Below are positions 40,033-49,500 of a DNA stretch of 64,000 nucleotides, piece after piece. Within the stretch, counting starts at the first letter, position 1; the number at the start of each line of letters is the position of its first letter. The notes under the pieces are model-generated. The model ran no database searches. It saw only the letters and a list, made by a program, of their open reading frames with translations, and was not told the origin of the DNA. The position numbers were made by a program, and so were the translations under genes. Where the stretch lies: contig JAVCCH010000025.1 of NCBI GenBank assembly GCA_030765535.1, forward strand, positions 7,871 through 71,870, given 5' to 3'. This DNA is from Candidatus Tenebribacter davisii. Lineage in GTDB: Bacteria > Cloacimonadota > Cloacimonadia > Cloacimonadales > TCS61.

Positions 40033-40846
40033 GGAAAATCCTGATCAGTCCAGCTAACCCTTCTATAATTCTGGGTGAAGCCCGTAAAATTACATCAGGA
40101 TCAATATCGCTGGTAGTGTAGATCCTGCCTGTTTTCACAGCAGTAATTACTTCCCAACCTTTTCTTTGCATAACTTGCTCTTTGGTCATACCGGGATATG
40201 TTAATATAATTATTTCAGGATCATTCATAATTACCTCTTCAGGATTTATCCTGCTGTAATCTCTGGGTAATTTTGGGAAAATATTATCTCCACCAGCAAA
40301 GGTGATCAACTCTCCTACAAATGATTCATCGCTAACGCTCATTATAGGATTCCCATAAATTTCTATATACACTCTCGGTAAATTTGTGAATTTATTATAA
40401 TTTTGAATTATTTTTTTCAAACTATCCGCAACAAATTCAGCCCTATCTAATTTATTTATCTCCTCTCCTATCACAATTATTGCAGAGAAAAAATCTTCTA
40501 TCGTTTGAGGATATATAGGTATTGTATTTATATTAAGTTTTTTTAGTTGGGAAGCTATCGCTTGTTGTTCCAAACCGGAAGTAAACACAACGCTAGGATC
40601 CAATGAGATGATCTTTTCATAATTAATATTGCCAAAGTTACCAACTTTTTCAATTTCCTGCAGATTTTTGGGATAATCACATTCTATTGTTACACCAACA
40701 ATATTCTTTGCACCTTCAAGTAGACAAACAATCTCAGCGATTTCTGGAGATGTAATAACATACCTATCACCCTTAAGCTCTTTGCTTTTTGAGCATCCGG
40801 TTAGTATAATCAGACTAAAAACAAAAACCAGAATTATTTTTTTCAT
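40022..40846 (-). CDS. btuF: Cobalamin-binding lipoprotein (BtuF-like)
   Basis: Lipobox ILTGC; 'NYEKIISLDP', 'INPEEVI..DPEII' and 'LRASPRI'; directly behind the riboswitch. Confidence 0.85.
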   Translation of the reverse strand: MKKIILVFVFSLIILTGCSKSKELKGDRYVITSPEIAEIVCLLEGAKNIVGVTIECDYPKNLQEIEKVGNFGNINYEKIISLDPSVVFTSGLEQQAIASQLKKLNINTIPIYPQTIEDFFSAIIVIGEEINKLDRAEFVADSLKKIIQNYNKFTNLPRVYIEIYGNPIMSVSDESFVGELITFAGGDNIFPKLPRDYSRINPEEVIMNDPEIIILTYPGMTKEQVMQRKGWEVITAVKTGRIYTTSDIDPDVILRASPRIIEGLAGLIRIFHEK

Positions 40847-40900
40847 AAAAAAAATCCTTTTATCTCTGAAGCTAAAAACAGCTGCTAAAATAAAAGGATT
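40847..40900 (-). promoter_or_regulatory. Riboswitch expression-platform hairpin (SD-sequestering and terminator-like)
   Basis: 11-bp stem formed by 40853-40863 and 40890-40900 contains the AAAGGA SD; a U8 run overlapping the stem base runs to the btuF AUG. Confidence 0.7.
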
Positions 40901-40948
40901 CATAAAACTTATTAACACAATAACTCATGCTCCGGAGTATTTGTAAAT

Positions 40949-41107
40949 AAGCTCTATGGCAGGTTTCCTGGCTTGCAGATGGATATATATTACAGACCTT
41001 CCCAATTACTCAGTGACCCGTAACTCCAATAATATCTTCTACTTACAGTGGCGGAGACCGCTCCCGATTTACACGAGATTCCCTTTTACTCTTGCACCAT
41101 CAAGCTT
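40949..41107 (-). ncRNA. Cobalamin riboswitch
   Basis: Minus strand reads GGTGC...AAAAGGGAA-TCTCGTGTAAATCGGGAGCGG...CCGCCACTGTAA...GTCACTGAG...TGGGAAGG...AAGCCAGGAAACCTGCC, all canonical B12-element blocks. Confidence 0.95.
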
Positions 41108-41166
41108 CACTCTATAATAATAATTTTAATTAATTAACTACTGACAATATGTCAAGCACTGTAATA

Positions 41167-41360
41167 TCAATTTAAATAAATATCTTCAATTTCCTCAGTT
41201 CCAATTCCATCATGGAAAAATATATCAGTTGTAATAGAGGAAGAAGAAAATACACCATAGCTGCTAACAATAAGATAAGAATATATAGTTCCGGAAACTG
41301 AGGCGTTATTACTGACTATATTATATGCTTCAATATCACCAATAATCTAATAATTCTCAT
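41167..41360 (-). pseudogene. Remnant of a secreted-protein gene (start joined out of frame to a C-terminal segment)
   Basis: GGAGG + ATG gives MRIIRLLVIL..., stopping after 14 codons; an overlapping frame gives ~59 open codons IIGDIEAYNIVSNNASVSGTIYSYLIV...FHDGIGTEEIEDIYLN-stop. Confidence 0.5.
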
Positions 41361-41372
41361 CAACTTCCTCCA

Positions 41373-42812
41373 TTAAAATGTCATCTTAATACTGATAACA
41401 AATTGTAATTCTTCAATTTTATAGTTATCGAATTTTTTATATTCCTGATTAAATAGATTTTTTATCTCTCCTAAAATAGAGATATTGTTTCGTAGTCTAT
41501 AAAGTGCTGAAACATCCATAAGAAGTGCATTCTTCGGTTTTATACCTCTATCATTTTCTCCACCTGAAAGTATTCGCAGATCAACTCCTGCGTTATACAA
41601 CTGTCCTTCATAAACAAGTGTTGTGGTGGAGATAAAGAGAGGTTCCCAATAAAGCTGATCTTCAGATATAATATATTCAGTGTTTTGAATAGCAGATAGA
41701 TTATTATATTTATAAGCTGCCTTAAATCCCACATTATGTATCAGGCAATCTATATTTTCCAAGTTATAAAAGCCAAGTGTATTTTCCACATATCTCAAAT
41801 GATCTTTTTCATATTTTGCATTATAATACAATGAAATCGGAAGGATATATTCACTTTCTAAAGTTATATAAGAATTAATTATTCCCTTAGTTTGATAATC
41901 TCCTGCTACAAGATATTGAAGAAGATTTTTGTTAAATTCATCTGCACGTGATAATTTAGAGATAGTAGGAATATTTTCAAATCTTAGTTTTAAATTATTA
42001 TTGAGATAAAGTTTAGAGCTTAGGTTTATTGAAGGATATACTCCACTTGCGTCATAAGCACACCAAAATCCAATTCTATCAAAGAATTTCAGATTGGAAT
42101 AATTAGCTCCACAAAATCCTGAAATAGTCTGCATCAACCTGTTTGCACTAAAGGTTCCACGGATATTTCTATATATAATTCCAATATTTGAAATAAGGTC
42201 AACATCGGTTTGAGACTTTTTTGTAAGTGCTATTTGTGTGTATTCATTATATGAACCTTTTAAATCGATATTCCAGCTGAACTGCGGAATTTGCGGAATG
42301 ATATAACCTTGATTTTTATAGGAAATAAATCCACCGGAGATATCTGTTTCTCCATATTCTGCGGTATATTCCTTTCTTGTTAGATCAAAGATAACTTTAT
42401 GATCATTTACTTCCGGCTGCCATTGGAAATTAACCATTTTCTGCTGGCTGGTTTCATATCTGTGATTATTTAATAAATTTGCTGAAAACTGCCATATTTT
42501 TCCTGATGAAAATACGCCTCTAACTGAAATGTAATTATTCAAACCTCCCTGCAATAGAAGTGCAATCCGTTCTTGAGAAGGATATGTAATGGCAGGATCA
42601 ATTTGCATAGTTGAAAAATAATTTTCATATTCAAATTGTTCAGGTGAAGACAGCTGGCAGTATTCTTCCAGGTTTCTAGCAAAACTTAATGTATCTGATA
42701 GAGATGTAGTTTCACCCTGAATAATAACATTCCCCAGGTCAAGCTGATCTCCATTTGCTGCTGACAAAATACTGAATGGAATGAAGAGCAGGAGAATAAT
42801 CAACTTTTTCAT
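41373..42812 (-). CDS. Outer-membrane beta-barrel, TonB-receptor-like C-terminus
   Basis: Signal peptide, amphipathic strands, ends 'GEIKNLFNQEY...ISIKMTF'; coupled to the TPR gene. Confidence 0.65.
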   Translation of the reverse strand: MKKLIILLLFIPFSILSAANGDQLDLGNVIIQGETTSLSDTLSFARNLEEYCQLSSPEQFEYENYFSTMQIDPAITYPSQERIALLLQGGLNNYISVRGVFSSGKIWQFSANLLNNHRYETSQQKMVNFQWQPEVNDHKVIFDLTRKEYTAEYGETDISGGFISYKNQGYIIPQIPQFSWNIDLKGSYNEYTQIALTKKSQTDVDLISNIGIIYRNIRGTFSANRLMQTISGFCGANYSNLKFFDRIGFWCAYDASGVYPSINLSSKLYLNNNLKLRFENIPTISKLSRADEFNKNLLQYLVAGDYQTKGIINSYITLESEYILPISLYYNAKYEKDHLRYVENTLGFYNLENIDCLIHNVGFKAAYKYNNLSAIQNTEYIISEDQLYWEPLFISTTTLVYEGQLYNAGVDLRILSGGENDRGIKPKNALLMDVSALYRLRNNISILGEIKNLFNQEYKKFDNYKIEELQFVISIKMTF

Positions 42813-45682
42813 TTCTCCTCCCCTTGTAGTAAAGAACTGATCTTTTCTTTCATTTCTAAAGTAATGTCACTCTCAATTACTTCAAATAATTTCCTGGCTT
42901 CATCAAAATTATTAACTCTTATATAGGAAATGCAGGCAAGCGCTTCTGCCCTATTGCGGATTTCACTGAATTCAGGATATAAGTATCTTATCCTCAAAAA
43001 TTCAGGAATTGCAGATTCATCATCACCATTCTTAACTAGAAGTAATCCTTTAAGTAATTGCGTCTTTGCTTTTACACTTTTATATTTACTTGAACTTAAT
43101 TCTTTGAGTCTTGAATCAAGTTCGCTGGTTTGATCTACATTCAATTTCCATTCAACTTCTAATAACTGTGCAATCTGCCGCTCTTCACCATTAGCAAATT
43201 CCAGGAATTTATTATAATCATTTATAAATAGATCATTGTTCTGCTTCAATTCAATTTGCAGAAGCTCAAGCCATAAATTTTCGTTCCTTGATAATTGTGA
43301 TGCTTTTCTTAATTTATTTATTGCTTCTGTATTTTTATCCATTTTTACTAACAGCTTTGCCCAATGCCTTAGAACATTTGGATCATGTTTTTGAGCATAT
43401 AGTTCATCGTATGTCCCATCTGCCTTATCATGATCTCCCAGATTCTCGTAGCAAAGAGCTTTCATCAATTTGATCTCTAATATATTCTCATGCTCTTTCG
43501 CCAAGATCTCCAGTTCTTTACTTACATCAATTGTCTGCTGCCATTTCTCTTTTTTATACAGATAATATACCTTTCTATCCAGCAATTCCACCCTGATCTT
43601 TGTATCGGTACAACTAATTAAAAGCTCATCTACTATTTCTGTAAAATCTATTGTTTCTGACTGTTCAGAAGCCCAGCGTAAACCATTTATAGCATTATTT
43701 AATATTATATCAGCTACACCTGTCTGAATCAATTTGATATAGTAATTCACTGCTTTATTAAAATCACCTAAATTGTAATAAGAATCTGCAATACCCAGAA
43801 TTGCTGAATGGTAATCGGTTGAAGATTGGAAATTCTGAGTATACTGCATAAAATACTCGATCGCTTTCAAATAATTCTCAGCACTGAAAGCTGATGTTGC
43901 AGCTTTTATGATATATTTTTCGGGAGAAGTAGCAGTACTGGAAAGTCTGCTGTAAAGCTGAGATGATTCTTCATATCTTTTCAATTGATACAGTGTCCAT
44001 GCTTTTCTGGAAAGAACTGCTTCCTGCTGAACAGGATTACTGGAATGCTCATCTGCAAATGTGAAAGCTTCCAGAGCTTTAATATAATCGTGTTCAGCAA
44101 ACTCAATATTTCCTTTTAATAAGAATCTATCAAACAGGTATTTTGGATCTGTTGGGACATTCTCCAAAGATTCTTTAGCTTTATGATATTTTTGTTGAAT
44201 GAAATAAATATGGGCAATCCTTTCCCAAGTATATCCAAGATCGCAGATACCGTCCAGAGCATCTTGATAATATTCTAAAGCTTCTGAATGATCACCATTA
44301 TTAAAACTTATCTCACCCAGATAATAATTACTCATTCCAGACTTTTCAGACTGGGGAAATTCTTTTTTAACTGAATTAAAATTAGTATCAGCACTTTTGT
44401 AATCTTCATTTCTATAATTTATCAAACCGATCTTAAAATGAGCCTCATCTGAAAATTCTCCTCGAGGGAATAAGGATAGATAAAGCTGATATTTTTGTAA
44501 TGCATCGTTTAAGTTGTTTACAAGATAGGCAGATTCAGCAATTAGATAGAATGTTTTCTCTTTTACAGCTCTGTACGCTTCATCATTACTGATATTATTA
44601 CCTTTATCCTTTGCCTGGATAAAATAACTTAATGATCTATTAAAATCATTGTTTATAAAACTGTTATAGCCTAACAGATAATAAGCTACCGGAGAAAATT
44701 CATGCTCAGTATTTTCATCAATAAATTTTTGAAGTAATTCAACATTATTATCTATTCGAGCCAAATAAAAAGTACTGTTTGAGCTAATTTGTTTATCATT
44801 GGAATTAACTAATTCATTTAATATTGTTTTAGCCTTTTTTTCATTCTGCATTTCATAATAGCATAATGCAGAATAGTATTTCCCCTTATCAGAATCTAAT
44901 TTCTCAAGTTTATTCAATGCATCTTCATATCTTCCAACTTGATAATAGGTAATTCCAAAGATCAAATTATGCTGGTTGTAATATTGGGAAGTTGAAGGTA
45001 TTATATCTGGATCGATACAAAGTATTTTATCTGTTCTTCCATTAGTAAGATTGTAGTTTTGATATAATAAAATTGCTCTGAATTTATTCTCAGAATCTGA
45101 TTTACCTATGATCTCATTCAATACTTCATCAATATCTGAAACTTTATTTTGAGCGATCTTCAATTCCAAAACTACTGATAATATCAAAGTGTTTTTATTA
45201 AACTTAAATGCCTTTTCCAAGTTTAATTGTGCCTTATCAAGATCATTCTCCTTTAAACTGATCTTTCCAAGATAATAATATGCCTTCCAGACCAATTCAT
45301 TACTTACGTGCTCAATTACAAATTGTTCGAAAACAGCTTTTGCTTGAGTGTATTTATTTAAATAATAATCACTTTGACCCAGTCCTAAAACAACTTCAGC
45401 ACGAATTGAAGGATGTGTAGAACTCGTATATAACTCGCTGAAATATTTTCCAGCTTCAGTATAATTTTCTTCGGCAATAGAAATATTACCAAGTAGAAAT
45501 TTAATATCATTTTCTAAATTACTCTGCGGATAGTTTTCAAGAAATTTAGTTAGTTCTACCTTGGCTAATTTATAGTTATTATCTTTATATAATCCAACTG
45601 CAAATTGCAAATCTTCTTTTTGATCTGCAATCAGCGTTGTAGCAATAATGATCACTAAGCTTATGCTGAGGAACTTTCTCAT
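42809..45682 (-). CDS. Large secreted tetratricopeptide-repeat protein (957 aa)
   Basis: Signal peptide and many TPR units (e.g. 'AYYYLGKISLKENDLDKA', 'DEAHFKIGLINYRNEDYKSA'). Confidence 0.88.
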   Translation of the reverse strand: MRKFLSISLVIIIATTLIADQKEDLQFAVGLYKDNNYKLAKVELTKFLENYPQSNLENDIKFLLGNISIAEENYTEAGKYFSELYTSSTHPSIRAEVVLGLGQSDYYLNKYTQAKAVFEQFVIEHVSNELVWKAYYYLGKISLKENDLDKAQLNLEKAFKFNKNTLILSVVLELKIAQNKVSDIDEVLNEIIGKSDSENKFRAILLYQNYNLTNGRTDKILCIDPDIIPSTSQYYNQHNLIFGITYYQVGRYEDALNKLEKLDSDKGKYYSALCYYEMQNEKKAKTILNELVNSNDKQISSNSTFYLARIDNNVELLQKFIDENTEHEFSPVAYYLLGYNSFINNDFNRSLSYFIQAKDKGNNISNDEAYRAVKEKTFYLIAESAYLVNNLNDALQKYQLYLSLFPRGEFSDEAHFKIGLINYRNEDYKSADTNFNSVKKEFPQSEKSGMSNYYLGEISFNNGDHSEALEYYQDALDGICDLGYTWERIAHIYFIQQKYHKAKESLENVPTDPKYLFDRFLLKGNIEFAEHDYIKALEAFTFADEHSSNPVQQEAVLSRKAWTLYQLKRYEESSQLYSRLSSTATSPEKYIIKAATSAFSAENYLKAIEYFMQYTQNFQSSTDYHSAILGIADSYYNLGDFNKAVNYYIKLIQTGVADIILNNAINGLRWASEQSETIDFTEIVDELLISCTDTKIRVELLDRKVYYLYKKEKWQQTIDVSKELEILAKEHENILEIKLMKALCYENLGDHDKADGTYDELYAQKHDPNVLRHWAKLLVKMDKNTEAINKLRKASQLSRNENLWLELLQIELKQNNDLFINDYNKFLEFANGEERQIAQLLEVEWKLNVDQTSELDSRLKELSSSKYKSVKAKTQLLKGLLLVKNGDDESAIPEFLRIRYLYPEFSEIRNRAEALACISYIRVNNFDEARKLFEVIESDITLEMKEKISSLLQGEEK

Positions 45683-45695
45683 TTATACCTCTAAC

Positions 45696-46580
45696 CTACT
45701 GTTTTTCTAATGCATCTTTTATTACACTTTTTAATGCAGAAATATCTTTTTGCTCTATACATTTCAATGTACTATTTCCAAAATTCTTGCCCAGGAATAC
45801 TTGGGTTATCCCAATATCAACAAATGTTCCGGCAATTTCAATTTTATCTGTTATTAAAATATCGCTATTCTTAGCCAGATTAAATAATTCCAAAAGATTA
45901 GTCACTTGTATAATTTCAATATTAATAAAATCTTTACTTGTTATGTTTTTACCGGTAAAATAAATGTTTGCTGCAAATTCATGTTTTACCGTCTGTATAA
46001 TTGTTTCTATCATTTTTGTGGAAATTTCATTGCTGAAATGTAACACAAAATTCTTAAATCTATTCTTGATCAATTGATGATAAGCAACCATTAATTCTGA
46101 TTTGGAAACATCTAGGTCATAATTAACAAGCTCCCAGGAAAAATCAAAAAAATCTGCAAATTTCTTAAGTAAGAGGACAGGATCTTGTGGAGCTGGGATA
46201 AATTGCATGTTCGCTGAATTATTGATATCCAGGATAGTAGAATTATTACAATGCTTAAGGATTTTATATATTTTTTTATTAGAATTAAAATTAAAAATGA
46301 CTGCATTGTTAAAGGGTTTAACAATATCATTTAAATTAAGATAACAAATTTCTGCATCTACAGATACTCTATTAAAAAAGGGATAATCATAAGCAGGAAG
46401 GATTATCGAGATATTTGTGAAATGCTCTTTCCAATTTAATATATGTGATAATATTATTGTTGTCTGATAAGAATTTTCAGGACAAAAAACTACAATACTT
46501 TCACCCTTTGCAACTATTCCAGTGAAACTCTGCTGCTCCCATGCTAATTTGCGGCTAAATATATTTTTAAATAAACTCAT
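45696..46580 (-). CDS. Degenerate GT9 (heptosyltransferase)-like protein
   Basis: The C-terminal 'NLLELFNLAKNSDILITDKIEIAGTFVDIGITQVFL' follows the GT9 pattern 'SLxELAAL...ADLxIGNDSGPMHLAAAxG'; start at 46580 after AGGA. Confidence 0.4.
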   Translation of the reverse strand: MSLFKNIFSRKLAWEQQSFTGIVAKGESIVVFCPENSYQTTIILSHILNWKEHFTNISIILPAYDYPFFNRVSVDAEICYLNLNDIVKPFNNAVIFNFNSNKKIYKILKHCNNSTILDINNSANMQFIPAPQDPVLLLKKFADFFDFSWELVNYDLDVSKSELMVAYHQLIKNRFKNFVLHFSNEISTKMIETIIQTVKHEFAANIYFTGKNITSKDFINIEIIQVTNLLELFNLAKNSDILITDKIEIAGTFVDIGITQVFLGKNFGNSTLKCIEQKDISALKSVIKDALEKQ

Positions 46581-46590
46581 TATTTTCCTA

Positions 46591-49500
46591 TTACTTAAAA
46601 GGTACAACTACAAAAACTGTAGTTCCCTCATTTTCTTTACTATTTACCCAGATACGACCATTATGCAGATTGGCAATTAGTTTTGCGGTAGAAAGCCCAA
46701 GTCCTAACCCGCTGGAATGGAACTCTGTATCACCCGAACTATGAGAAATGATATCAGTAAGTTCGTAAAATTTTTGGAAGATCTTTTCCTGTTCATTTTC
46801 AGGAATTCCAATTCCATTATCGTTAACATATATTATTAAACTATCCTTACCGTTTATCTCTTCCTGCTGGAAAGCGGAATGCCTTGCACCAATAGTAATC
46901 GTTCCAAAATCTCTGGTAAATCGAATAGCATTATGCACAATATTGAACATCATCAGATAAAATGCATTCCAGTTAATATTCACTGGCTGCAGGGAAGATT
47001 CCACATTTAATTTAAAGATCATATTTCTGTTTTTAGATATATTTTCACCTTCCTCTTTTAATTCACTGAGAAGATCAATAATATTCACTTTCGCTTTCTG
47101 AAGTTTATTATACATCTGGTATTTATTAAAATTAATGATATCATTAATAGTTGTTTCCAGTTTATCTGTACTGGAAGATAGGGTATTAATGATCTCTTTC
47201 TCCTTTTTCTGGAGCTTTATCTTTTTTAACATTTTTACATAACCGTGTATTGCAACCAGCGGTGTTTTTAATTCATGTGAAACAATATTGATGAAATCTT
47301 TCTTTAGATCATCTAGTGAGCTTATCTCTTTATTGGTTTTCGTTAACAGCTCATATTGTTGGGCATTTTTTATAGCAGTAGAAATTTGAGTTAGTATTAA
47401 TTTCAAAAAATTGGAATTGATCTGCATCTCATCTTTTTCAGCATTCAGGTTATCAAAATAAAGAAAACCATAAATCTTGCTGTCAACAATGAGTGGTGCA
47501 CAATATATAGATAGAACCGCAGAATCAATATCATTTGTATTACTGAATAGGTTTTCCTCTTTAGCATTTGAAACATAAATAGGTTGTTTAATCCTCTGCA
47601 CTTCACTTAAGATACTCTTACTTACATACACATAATCTCTTACAATTTGTTTGGAATCATCCATTGCAACTTTGTACGTATAATTTTCATATTGATCTTT
47701 TTTGATGAAAAATCCACGTGTACTATTTGTGAAATCTAATGTAAATGTCACGATCTCCTGTTCTAATTTATCCAACTGAAGAATTGCAAAAAACTTACGC
47801 GTTGTATCAATTAATTTTGACATTAATTCCATATCCTTATTCAGAGTGACAAACTCATTTATACGGATTAATATGGAAGTAAGATGCAGTTTTAATATCT
47901 TAACGATTTGGATCTCTTCATCCTGAAATGTAACTTCACCTTGATCAGCCAAAATTAAGCATCCAACTTCAGCAGTTTTGATCTTTAACGGAACGAATAA
48001 AACATGTGATCTATCTATCTTTCTGGATATTATCTCATTTTTTATTAGTGATTCCTTCATATAACTATCAATCTTACTAGAAAACAAATATTCGCTCTTT
48101 ATATTAAGTTTCAAGAATGGATCTTTATGATTATCCATTTCATCTTTCAGTATTATTGCATAGTAATAAGGTGCTAATAATTTGGTGATCGTCTTATCTA
48201 TGAAAAATTTCATCCGAGGTGTATTTTTTAATTTTAGTATATCGTATAATTCTTCCTGCCATTTTTCTGATGATTCAGTAAAACGAGGTTCTATTTTTAC
48301 TGTTTTAAATCCTGAATAATTTTTCAGGTAATATTTAGTTTTTCTAAAATACAATTCTTTATCATGCTTAGGCAGATTTTTTATATTTTCTTGAACTGAT
48401 TGTTTATATTTATCAAACAGCAAGGTAGCTTTTCTTTTTAAATTCAAATAAGAATATATCTGAACAATTAATCCATATATTTCTGTTTCAAGCAAAAATA
48501 GCTCATTTTTTTGAACATAACTAATTAAATTTAGTAGATTACGCAATATTACTCTTAAATTTAAATTCCCATCTAACAACTGAATTCTTACTTTTTTAAT
48601 TTCCAGAACTGTTTCCCAGTACTTAAAATTATTTTTTTCACAAAGTTCTTCCGCTCTTTCACATGCCGATATAGCTTTTTGTATATTACCCAATCCAGCA
48701 TAGCATTCAGAGAGATGAATATAATTTATTGTTTGAGCATAATCACTACTATTTTGTTTGGAATATGTAAATGCCTTATCAATTATTTTGAGTCCACCCG
48801 AAAAATCTGTTTTTATTATTTTAAGGAATCCAAGCATTTGGAAATAAAATTCATGTTCATGATTTTCAAAGAATACATCTTCGTTTTTTTTCAACATTTG
48901 TTCTATTAATTCATAATCCCCTATTTCATAAAGATAATAGAAAAATGTTTTTGTTAATGGTGTAACCTTATACATTTCACCACGAATCAGATTCGGAACA
49001 TGCTCTTTGATGAATTTGTAATAGTAATAAAAGTTTTTTTTCTTACTTTTTGATATTGCCAGATTATTTATAATTGAGTTGTAAAATGGCTTTGTCTCTA
49101 ATTTCTTAGAATAAGTATATGCCTCCTTCAGGAAGTTCTCCGCTATTTTAAAATTCCCCAGCTTTATATGTGCTTCCCCCTGATTTAGAAGAACCAAGAC
49201 CCCATAACGTTTTGCATTAATTTGTTCAGAAATATTTTTGGCTTTCCTAAAATAAATAAATGCTTTGTTCGTATTACCTTTTGTTAATGCAACATCTCCG
49301 ATATTATTATAAACAGCTACAAGTTGACGTTTATAGCTGATTCGTTCCCATATTTTTTTGGCAATTTCAAAATTTTTATCAGCTTCATCTAAAACTTTTT
49401 TATGTCTGTAAAGAACACCCAGGCTATTATGGAGTCTTCCTAATTTAATAAAATAATTAGGATTATTCTGAGTTTTGACATCCTGTAAATAATCCTCCAT

